DNA from: Ranitomeya imitator
Lineage: Eukaryota
Length of the DNA: 64,000 nt
Direction of reading: 5' to 3'
NCBI RefSeq assembly: GCF_032444005.1
Contig: NW_027193546.1
Coordinates: forward strand, 558,001-622,000
Shown: positions 52,192 through 64,000 of the stretch, one piece after another
Numbering within the stretch: position 1 is the stretch's first letter
Layout of the letters: each line of letters starts with the position of its first letter
The notes under the pieces: generated by a model
What the model was told of the DNA's origin: nothing
The model's input: only the letters and a program-made list of their open reading frames with translations
Database searches by the model: none
Translations under genes and position numbers: made by a program

Positions 52192-52884
52192 GTGTCCTTC
52201 CTACAGGCTCTGATGCCCCATGTAATGAAAGGTTTCCCCAGGAGGGCGGTGGTAAAGGTGTTTACTAACTTGCTAAGGAATGGTCGCATGCAAAAACTCC
52301 AAGACTCGGACACCGTGCTGTCCCAGATTTTGGAGATGACGTGCAGTGACTTGGATTGGGAGGTGAAGGTGAACGCATTGGACCTGGCACATTCCTATAT
52401 GTCCCAAACATTGGAGATGGGACCGTCCCTAACGTGCCCTTACACTATAGGGCTGCCATCTAGCAGAAGTTCAGGTTCCATCTCCGACGCTCTGGTTACA
52501 TGTGAATGAGTCGGGCTTTTTCCGGCCTTATTGACTTGTCTGTGTGACTGTGACCGGCCAGTGGCATCAAAGGCGTGTGAAATACTTCTCGCTGTGAAGC
52601 CCAATCTGTGCAATGGGGACACTGATCCCTCCGAAGAGTATGGAAGAGACTGGCTGGAGCACACGATAAAAGAGAAGCAAATGGCAGGCGGGGACGGTGC
52701 TGGGGACCGGCAGGGTCGCCCACCAGAATGGGCCACTGGGGTCATAAAGAAGATGGATTTGGATAACATAAAATGTTCCCTGCCGAAATACAGCGATTAT
52801 GTACACGAGACTCCCCGGTCACTGCTGCAGGACGTCAAAGCCACCTTATGGGGGGAAGAAATGCACGATGCAGATTGCTACTGA
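52192..52884 (+). pseudogene. BRAT1: BRAT1 C-terminal fragment, copy B, unit 2
   Basis: Matches 28171-28863. Single TGA at 52507-52509. Confidence 0.88.
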
Positions 52885-53703
52885 TGCGGAAGTTTAAGGG
52901 ACTTTTCTGCTGCAGATCTCATTGCGGAAATGCCTTTTGTGCTGTGATTTGTAGTGGATCCAACCTGTTTTTTTCCTACAGTGTCCTACTGGGACCCAGA
53001 AGCCCTCCTGGCCATCCGACAGCTACTCAGGCCCCAATTTCGAAGAAGCACGTCCTGGTTATAAGAAAGCAAATGCCTTTGGCACTATAGAGGGTGATGT
53101 AGTAGGGATTATTTTTCTATTTTGGTTTGCTTCCAGTACAGTTTTCACATTAAATCAGAACAATTAAAGAAAACAAACAAAAAAAAACACGGCACATTCC
53201 TGTAATTTTGAATTAAAGCATAACATTTTATATAAACAATGCATAAAAATGTGTCTTTCTGGGTTGTGATTGGTACATGAGGTAATGGCATAAATTAACA
53301 TTCAATCACCTGATGTTGATATGATGAAAAATCTCTCCTAATTTCACTTGCTGCTTTCAACCGTGTATTGGGATTAACTGTGGGGGCATCATACATTGTG
53401 GAGAGTATGATCCACTCTGATCTGGCATGGTCATGACAATAGTCGGGATACCTGCCGCTACAGGGAAGGAAATTGTATATAATAAAGAAGCTGGAAAAAT
53501 AATTGCAGAAACTGTACAATGGGCGGGAAATTCAAACTTCCCAACAGTTCTGTGTTCAGCCAATCAGCAGAGTAAGGGAGGAGCTAATGATTCTGTAAGC
53601 CCCGCCCCGGATAGCGTCATCTCTCCAGTTCTCTCTCTGGTCCATTCTTCCTCCATATAAAGGAGCAGTCCCTGAGGCTCAGGAATCAGTTTTTGCTCAT
53701 TGA

Positions 53704-54024
<321 letters not shown>

Positions 54025-54849
54025 TTGTGTTCTCTTCTGTCCTCACAACCCAAAGGCTCTTTTCAGAGCCACCCACATCTTCTAAGTGAGGGCTGCACCT
54101 GACTGCTAGGATCTGATTTCTCTGCTTTGGTGATGTCGCTGTAATGTTAGAACACTCATCGGTGCCAACGTTACGCTCCGAATACTGAATAGTCCCAAGG
54201 ATATCCTGACGTGGAAAGACTAAACGGCTTACCCGAAGCAGATCCCTCTACAGCTCTAATCAGGGGGGTGTTCAGGGCGGTTTCCAAATGTAGGTTAATA
54301 TTCTGTCTAGACATTTAATATCCTGTTCTTATTGGGCGCTGATTAGTAGATTTATGGGGGATATATATCCGCACTGGGCCGCAGTGATAATTTCCTGATC
54401 AGATCCGTGTACAGGGAATGTGGCTGTAGGAGGCAGCTGGATAGATGGACGCCCTGTGTGTCATCACATAGGGTACGGAGACTCCTATGTGATGACCACG
54501 TCCTGGACACTAATGTTTCGGGTGGATGGCGCCTCTGAAGACTATTATAACCTCCTCAGAATAATGATGGGCTGTTTGAGGTCTGATAGCCACGGCTGCG
54601 CGTTTTGAGGTCCTGTCATGTATTTATATATATCCGGTGTGTGCAGTGTATGGGGGGACACAGGTGTTGGTTCTGTTCCCTACAGCTCCTGTCCTGTATA
54701 TGTATATACAAAGCGTATACATTGTGTGCAGTGTATGGGGGACACAGCGCTGCCGGGGCCTGGGGTGAAGGTGCCGCATCTGTGGATACTCTGGTAAAGA
54801 AAAGATCAGCTGGAAAACGGCACGTAAGGAGTTAAACGGGAGAGGAAAG

Positions 54850-55327
54850 ACGGGCAACAAAATTAATAAAGGGGATGGGAGAACTACAATACCCAGATAG
54901 ATTAGCGAAATTAGGATTATTTAGTCTAGAAAAAAGACGACTGAGGGGCGATCTAATAACCATGTATAAGTATATAAGGGGACAATACAAATATCTCGCT
55001 GAGGATCTGTTTATACCAAGGAAGGTGACGGCACAAGGGGGCATTCTTTGCGTCTGGAGGAGAGAAGGTTTTTCCACCAACATAGAAGAGGATTCTTTAC
55101 TGTTAGGGCAGTGAGAATCTGGAATTGCTTGCCTGAGGAGGTGGTGATGGCGAACTCAGTCGAGGGGTTCAAGAGAGGCCTGGATGTCTTCCTGGAGCAG
55201 AACAATATTGTATCATACAATTAGGTTCTGTAGAGGGACGTAGATCTGGGGATTTGTTGTGATGGAGTGTGGGCTGAACTGGATGGACAAATGTCTTTTT
55301 TCGGCCTTACTAACTATGTTACTATGT
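54850..55327 (+). mobile_element. CR1 LINE 3' fragment, unit 2 copy
   Basis: Matches 30830-31307. Confidence 0.9.
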
Positions 55328-55765
55328 ACATCACTGAAGGCTGAGCGTTACCAAGGTTTCTCGCTCATTGTCTGATCACAGAATCCGTTGGGGAATTTGA
55401 ATTCCCCGCTCATAATCTCCGGAGGATTGTTACAGGTCACTGATAGCGACAACCATCCCCCACCCCCTTACTGCGGGACCTGCTAACTACATGTAGACCT
55501 CACCGCGGAGTATCAGACACTAAGGAGGGGACATTTCCTGCGAGCTTGGCAGACGACACTCCACCTGAGGGTCTGAGACTTCATGTGGGATTGACCCATT
55601 CATCTCCTGTTATTCTGTGGATATGTGCACCAACAATGGCGGCAATGGTGTATGAACTATCAGCCTCATGCGAGGACCCCCGAGATAGGCGGCGCCGGCT
55701 CTTGTGGTGACGGTGTGGGTGGCTCTTAGAAGAGCCTTTGGTTTTGTAGAGATTGGCGGCAGCGC

Positions 55766-56158
55766 TCACTTGCTCTTGCTCGCCTTGCTGCTCTCGGTCT
55801 TCTTGGGCAGCAGCACGGCCTGGATGTTGGGCAGGACGCCCCCCTGGGCAATGGTCACCCCACCCAGCAGCCTGTTCAGCTCCTCGTCATTGCGCACCGC
55901 CAGCTGCAGGTGACGGGGGATGATGCGGGTCTTCTTGTTGTCCCGGGCAGCATTGCCGGCCAATTCCAGGATCTCAGCGGTCAGATACTCCAGCACAGCG
56001 GCCAGATAGACCGGAGCGCCGGCGCCGACTCTCTCAGCGTAGTTGCCCTTGCGGAGAAGCCTGTGCACACGGCCGACTGGGAACTGCAGTCCTGCCCGGG
56101 ATGAGCGGGTCTTGGCCTTAGCACGGACCTTTCCTCCTTGTTTGCCGCGTCCAGACAT
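55766..56158 (-). CDS. H2A: Histone H2A
   Basis: 130-aa canonical H2A. Confidence 0.99.
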   Translation of the reverse strand: MSGRGKQGGKVRAKAKTRSSRAGLQFPVGRVHRLLRKGNYAERVGAGAPVYLAAVLEYLTAEILELAGNAARDNKKTRIIPRHLQLAVRNDEELNRLLGGVTIAQGGVLPNIQAVLLPKKTESSKASKSK

Positions 56159-56949
56159 GATGCCGATAACTAATGACGGAAAATCGTGTAGAGAAGAGTC
56201 TGTGCTGTGTCGCCTTATATAGTCCGTTGCTCCGCCCTCCTCTCCTGTCGTTGGACGGATCTGAAGATGAAAATGGAGAAGAGTATTGGAGATCCACCAA
56301 TGAGCTACAGAGGGCGGAGCTTATTATTGCTCCTTTCTCAAATGAGTTTCTCACCCAATAGAAAACGTTCGCTTTGGACAGAATAGATAAGGGGTGAAAA
56401 CAGATATCTGTCCTGGAGCAGAAGGAAATGCAGAAATATTCTGTTGACTTGTTGTTTGCACTTGTTGGACTTGTGTCTTCTATCAGCCATATATTGCACT
56501 GACAGTCTGGCGGGTGAGGGGTTAATTCCTGTCAGGAGGAGGCTCCTCACTCACCCGCTTATTATCCTGTGCAGATCCCCTGTGGTGTCCGCGCTTATAC
56601 TATCACAGCCTGACTGAGACAAGTCTCCTATGTTCTGCCCGGAGCCTGATGTGACGCTGCCGGGTCTCGGGTGGGGGAAGTCGCCGCTTCTGTAAAGCGA
56701 GTGTGTAGTGGGGGGTCAGCACACACGGACACTGAGGAGTTAAATGGAGGCGGATATTCCTGTATCTGGGATTGGTCGGCGCCTGCGGATGTCTCTCGCT
56801 CATTGGCTGATTACAGATCCGTTGCTGGTTTTGAATTCCCCGCTCAGTTTCTGCTCTTTGTCCGTCGGGTTTATTACCGGCCCCTTTGCTGGAGCGGCGA
56901 TCGCTGATAATACCGGGTCCTGTCATCCCAGCTGTCTGCCCCCAAACAC

Positions 56950-57842
56950 CTCCGTGTCCTTGACCTGAGTGCACACCATTATCCTTGTTCATGTGATTTT
57001 TTGCTTGGTGTAGCACCGGTTTACCAGATGACGTCTGACATCTTCGCATACGACGACGCAACCAGTTCCAGCATCTTATCGCAAGTTTCAAACTCAAGTG
57101 AATTCTTGAAAACCCCTCCCCATGAGTTGAGGACGAGGGACTACGAGAAGGAGCGACGAAAATTAATCTCATATGATTTACACTGCATAACTTTGGCAGA
57201 ACATCATAAACAGGGCAAGATCCCGAGAGGTCTTAGGTGCAACCTGCGCCCAACACTTTTTTCTGAAGATCCCGATTACTGTGACAAATACAAGAGAATA
57301 CTAAATAAATGTTCTTTAGACATCATTATTCTGACCATTGAATTTCTACAAAAGGCTATTACGGAAACAAAGGACAGTATTAGAGCAATTGAAACACAAC
57401 TATCTTCTACATTGGCATCCACAGACTCTTACTTTTCGCTGCTCCGGACAGTATTCCCTTCATCGCCTCTGGTTGCCTTGTAAATATTGTACATATTATA
57501 TTTTATATTTTGGTGTATGTTTATTATTTTGTCTTTTTTGTTCTTATTCGTTTTCTATTACATATAATGTTATGTCACATACAGTTACTTATACTGTTTA
57601 TTTGCTTTCCTAGTAACCCCATGAATAAGACCCGGGAGGGTCGAAACGTCGGGTTTCTATCTACGAATTATCACAGTGGCAATTGTTGACTTGTTTTCGT
57701 GAATAAATCTGGCATATACCTTTTGCATCATACCAGTTTCGAGTGTGCGGTATTTTTTCTTCTACTATTAACTTGACCACACGGTCTGTTTTACCAGCAC
57801 CTCCGTGTCCTTGACCTGAGTGCACACCATTATCCTTGTTCA
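56950..57842 (+). mobile_element. Truncated Penelope-like element, unit 3 copy (ORF fragment open)
   Basis: Matches 888-1780, but AAG GAG at 57148-57153 replaces AAT TAG. Confidence 0.75.
57615..57655 (+). ncRNA. Minimal hammerhead ribozyme motif, unit 3 copy
   Basis: Identical to 1553-1593. Confidence 0.7.
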
Positions 57843-58491
57843 TGCCCCCAAACACGGGCGGGGATCGGTCGCCATTATTACTCTGGGGAGGTTATAATAA
57901 CCTTCATAGGCGCCATCCATCCGAAACATTAGTGTCCGGGACGTGGTCATCACATAGGAGTCTCCGTACCCGGTACACAGGGCGTCCATCTATCCAGCTG
58001 CCTCAGACAGCCACATTCCCTGTGAATATTCGCTGCCCTATTCACCCCACACGGATCTGATCAGGAGAATATTACTGTACAGCCCATTTCCCTGTAATTC
58101 CGTGTTCTATTTATTTTATATATCAATAAGAAGAAACCGCATTTGTGCTGTGATGGGAGTCACCAGTACTTGGGGCATCTTACAGTCAGACTTGTGATCG
58201 GATCTCTCTGCACTGCAGTGGTTTTATCTCACGTCATATTAACCCTATGAGATCTATGGCATTCGTTTTACATTATTACATCTAGTGCTAGAGGATCCTA
58301 TCCTGCAATTGTATTGGGATATTTCTCCCATGATTCGTTGTTCCCCTCCACATTCTCGGAACTTCTACATGTGGGCAAAACAGAATTCATTGTCTTTCCC
58401 ACATCACACGCAACCCCCCAACGAACCTATCCATTACAGGAAACGGCTGCCCACTCTCCTCAGTCCAAGTTCGCTGCCTCGGGGTAATCCT

Positions 58492-59290
58492 TGACACTCA
58501 TCTCTCCTTCAAACCTCATATCCAAGCCCTTTCCACTTCCTGCCGCCTTCAACTCAAAATATTTCAAGGATCTGTAGATTTCTAAACCAAGAATCTGCAA
58601 AAACCCTAGTCTATGCCCTCATCATCTCCCGCCTGGACTACTGTAACCTCCTGCTCTGTGGCCTCCCCTCTAACACTCTCGCACCCCTCCTATCTATTCT
58701 AAACTCTCCTGCCCGACTAACCAACCTGTCCCCCGCTATTCCCCGGCCTCTCCCCTCTGTCAATCCCTTCACTGGCTCCCCATTACCCAGAGACTCCAGT
58801 ACAAAAGCCTAACCATGACATACAAAGCCATCCACAAAATGTCTCCTTTATACATCTGTGACCTCCTCTCCCGGTACTTTCCTGCAACCTCCGATCCTCA
58901 CAAGATCTCCTTCTCTACTCCCCTCTTATCTCCTCTTCCCACAATCGCATACAAGATTTCTCTTGCGCATCACCCCTACTCTGGAACCCTCTACCACAAC
59001 ACATCAGACTCTCACCTACCATGGAAACCTTCAAAAAGAGCCTAAAGACCCACCTCTTCCGACAAGCCTACAACCTGCAGTAACCACCACTGATCGACCA
59101 GCTCTACCTTCACCTACTGTATCCTCATCCATCCATTGTAGATTGCGAGCCCTCGTGGGCAGGGTCCTCTCTCCTCCTGTACCAGTTATGACTTGTATTG
59201 TTCAAGATCATTGTACCTGTTATTATGTATACCCCTCCTCACATGTAAAGCGCCATGGAATAAATGGCGCTATAATAATAAATAATAATA
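58492..59290 (+). mobile_element. L2-type LINE 3' fragment, unit 3 copy
   Basis: Matches 2430-3228. Confidence 0.85.
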
Positions 59291-60364
59291 TTGCCCGAGA
59301 GCCGCCAGTCCTGACACTAGATGAAGCGGGGGAAGAAAAGTGATAGAACAGAAGGACGATCAGTAACTGAGCAGGGATCCTGTGAGGAGGATGTGACGGC
59401 CGATAATGTAACTGCCTGACCTGTGAGATCCTGACACCACAGGGTAATGTTCTGAGCAGGGACACTCCGCAATCTTCTACACATGATCCTACATTTCCCA
59501 TCACAGACCTCCTGCCTGCAGCCGTAGGACTGATCTGTAATGGGGAGACATGGTGGGATCTGCTGGGAAGGGCAGAATTGGTCTTCCCTGAAATGTCTCT
59601 TGTAGGATATGTCCCTGACCAGTATATCGTCTCAACAATACGGATTGTGACGGGAAAGGGACGATCTGATCGTCTCCAGGTCAGACACACGGGAACATCA
59701 CAGCATGTGGAGAACACGAATCATTCTCTATATCCATGAGAGGAAACCGGAGCGGATACAGCGCCGCTAACCTGGAAATCTGCAGATTCCTGTGTGGGAT
59801 GTAAGAGACCAATGATCGCTCAACACAAGCAGATTTCCCGATATCGGTCCTGGGACCAGGTGTTATATGAAGACAAAAGACGGAAAAAAGCGGGAACCGT
59901 AAACGTGTTACCATTGGAAACATTAGCTCCTCCCTCTGCTGATTGGCTGAACACAGGACGGTTGGGGGTTTGAATTTCCCGCCGCTTCTAAATGTAATGA
60001 CGTCACTTACACTGTAAAAAGAATCCAGATTAGGCTCTAGATCAACTCCACCACAAATGGCTCCTGTTACCTGAGAAACGAGAGTAATGAACTAATAAAC
60101 GAGACCCCAGAATGCCGAGATCTGTGCAGCAAGGAGTTAAATAAGAAGTCCCTGAATACACATCAACTCGCTGAGCAATGCCCAGATTATTCCTGAGATT
60201 TTCTCACCATCTCCCTCGTCACCAGGCGCAGAGCCCCGGGCGGAGCGAGCAGACACCTCGGGGAGACGGGAGAGGACACCGGAGCAGTGTGGGTGGCTCT
60301 TATAGTGAGGGTGTGGGTGGCTCTTAGAAGAGCCTTTGGGGTGAGGAGCGGAGCACGGANNNNN

Positions 60365-60763
<399 letters not shown>

Positions 60764-61521
60764 TCAGTACAAGTGAGAAGAATAATGATCCTGCGCCTCC
60801 AAGAGCGGCGGAATTTATAGCCCGGCCATGCAGATGAGCACTGCTGTCAGACCGCCGTTCTATTGGGTGATGAAGTCATGTGACCAACGAGAACGTTAGA
60901 CCACTGCAGCTGATTGGTGGTTTCCCAAATCATTGCTTCATCTTTGCAGCGGGGATGCTGTATAGCGATGCAAAACCCTGTATAATGCTCTATACATCTA
61001 AATAGTGCTGTGAAGCTCCATATACCGCAGTGCACCCTCATATAGCGCTGTATGTGTTCATGTTCTATTTACCCTTCATAGTGCTGTTATTCATCTGAAT
61101 AGTGCAGAGTACCCCCATATACTGCAACCTACTGACAAATGACTGTGCCACATTATGCAGGCAGTTACAGTACAGCGCTCGACATGTTACACTCCGTATA
61201 GTGCAGTAATATCTCCAGATGGTGCTGGAAACCCCAGCTAGTCAGCTGTGCCAGGACTGCAAACCCTGTGAATTCAGTGAGATGTTTCGGTAGTAGCCGC
61301 ACCCAGTTTTCTAGGAAGAGCCGGCTTCCCTCAGGAGCTGTGTCCCCTGTATAAACTGCACTTATCCCTCCTGTGTGTGATCTCAGTAACATGAAGCCGG
61401 ATCAGTCACTTCAGCCACGAATCTCTGCTCTGTGGTGACCGCAGTACAGTGGAGCACGGATCGTGTATAGTGACCTCTATATACCGCCTGGTGCAGTGTG
61501 AACCATCAGTGTGATCAGCGG

Positions 61522-61652
61522 TGCGGCTCTTAGGAGGAGGATGTGGGGGCTCTTAGAAGAGCCTTTGAGTGTGTGGACAGATGTGGAGGAGCGGAGTTTA
61601 CAGTCCTGGCACAGCAGACTAGCCGCTTCCTGGATCTACGAGGAAACGGCCA
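61522..61652 (-). pseudogene. Decayed H2B 3' fragment with stem-loop, unit 3 copy
   Basis: Matches 5460-5590. Confidence 0.6.
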
Positions 61653-63218
61653 TTATCTGTCCCAATCACTGCACAAAGTCCTCCTTCAATAAGGGCTAAT
61701 TTCCAGCTATCTGCAGATTATTCCGAGGCTGAGTTCTGCGAGCGACACTCAATTTGCACTGACAGTCTGGCGGGTGAGGGGTCAATCCCTGTCAGTGTTT
61801 CTCCTCCGCTCCATCTGCACAGGAGGCGGCTCTTCACTCACCCGCGTATTATCCTGTGCAGATCCCCTGTGGTGTCCGCGCTGATCCTATCACAGCCTGA
61901 CTGAGACAAGTCTCCTATGTTCTGCCCGGAGCCTGATGTGACGCTGCCGGGTCTCGGGTGGGGGAAGTCGCCGCTTCTATAAAGCGAGTGAGTAGTGGGG
62001 GTCAGCACACACGGACACTAAGGAGTTAATGGGGGCGGATGTTCCTGTATCTGGGATTGGTCGGCGCCTGTGGATGTCTCTCGCTCATTGGCTGATTACA
62101 GATCCGTTGCTGGTTTTGAATTTCCCGCTCAATCGCTTTTCTTTGTCCGTCGGATTATTACCGGCCCCTCTGCTGGAGCGGCGATCGCTGTGTATACCGG
62201 TGGGAGCAGCTCTACCCCGCTGATAATACCGGGTCCTGTCCTCCCAACTGTCTGCCCCCAAACACGGGGATCAGTCGCCATTATTATTCTGAGGAGGTTA
62301 TAATAGTCTTCAGAGGCGACATCCATCCGACACATTAGTGTCCAGGACTTGGTCATCACACAGGAGCCTCCGTACCCGGTACACAGGGCGTCCATCTATC
62401 CAGCTGCCTCTTACAGCCACATTCCCTGTACACGGATCTGATCAGGAAATTATCACTGCGGCCCAGTGCGGATATATATCCCCCATGAATCCATGTTATC
62501 TTTGTAGGTCAATGAGAAGAAACCGCATCACCCGAAGTCCGCGGTGAAAGACGGGGGAGCAGACACGGCCCCAGTATGTCAGGACCCGGGAGCATACAAC
62601 TAGCACGTCCCAGGCTGAGGCCGGTACTACAGGCAGCCGCACAGGGGATATTTTGCCCTGCAGAGACGCTGAGCCGGATACTAATCAATCAGCGCCCAAT
62701 AAGAACAGGATCTTAAATGTCTAGACAGAATATTAACCTACATTTGGAAACCGCCCGGAACACCCCCTGATTAGAGCTGTAGAGAGATCTGCTTCCAATA
62801 AGCCTTTCCACGTCAGGATATCCTTCGGAAACTGAATGTGTGGGAATATGGTTAAAGAGACCCTACTCCCAGATCATACACACACGGAATCCGTCGGGTA
62901 CAAAACAGGATTTGCAAATAGGTCTCACAACCAAAAGCAGCGACAGAACCATCCGCCCAAAAACGGCATCAGAGGACGTTACCGAACTGCGGATCAGGGT
63001 CAGAATTACCATTCCCCACAATTATTTGGCCGATGGTAGTTTTCGACTATTCAGTATTCGGAGCGTAAATTCGGCACCGATGAGTGTTCTACTAACATTA
63101 CAGCGACATCACCACAGCAGAGAAATGAGATCCTAGCAGTCAGGTGCAGCCTCTCACTTAGAAGATGTGGGTGGCTCTGAAAAGAGCCTTTGGGTTGTGA
63201 AGACAGAAGAGAACACAA

Positions 63219-63539
<321 letters not shown>

Positions 63540-64000
63540 TTAATGAGCAAAAACTGATTCCTGAGCCTCAGGGACTGCACCTTTATATGGAGGGAGAATG
63601 GACCAGAGAGAGAACTGCAGAGATGACGCACTTCCGGGAGGGGGCTTACAGAATCTACATTAGCTCCTCCCTTTCTCTGCTGATTGGCTAAATACTAAAC
63701 TGTAGGGAAGTTTGATTTTCCCGCTCATTGCTCAGTTTCTGCAATTATCTTTCCAGCTTCTATTATGTGTAATTTCCTTCCCTTATGATTGAGGGTATCC
63801 TAAATATTGTCATTACTGTTCCAGATCATGGTGGATCATATCTTCCACAACAGATGATGCCCCCAGTTACCCTCCACACAGTATGATGCCTCCTACACAG
63901 TAAGATACCCACACAGCAGGATGTCCCCACAGTTACTGTGTGGGGGTATAATACCCCCAGTAACTCCCCAAACAGTATGATGCCCTAAGTCCCCCCCCCA

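Overview
Vertebrate genomic DNA, almost certainly from a frog (Xenopus-like histone sequences and frog-type CR1, L2, Penelope and MITE fragments). It holds about 2.3 copies of a tandemly repeated replication-dependent histone gene unit: 1-32042, 32043-56062 and 56063-64000 (partial), visibly near-identical. Each unit reads H2B(-), decayed H2B fragment(-), H4(-), H3(-), a 36-bp minisatellite, H1(-), two BRAT1 C-terminal pseudogene fragments(+), H4(+), H2A(-). Every histone gene whose 3' end lies in the window ends in a histone stem-loop. Top observations: (1) the 13.1-kb and 5.1-kb minisatellites start inside the H1 stem-loop and amplify its 3' processing signal, including a 9-nt perfect match to U7 snRNA in most repeats; (2) the BRAT1 tail, whose DCY motif binds the Integrator nuclease INTS11, is captured twice per unit; (3) a Penelope-derived minimal hammerhead ribozyme carries a compensatory A3:U8 core; (4) a CCAAT-Myb-CHR-E2F cassette occurs seven times per unit. 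The very long ORFs in the track are minisatellite artefacts. H2B coding regions are N-masked. All calls were made by eye, without database searches.
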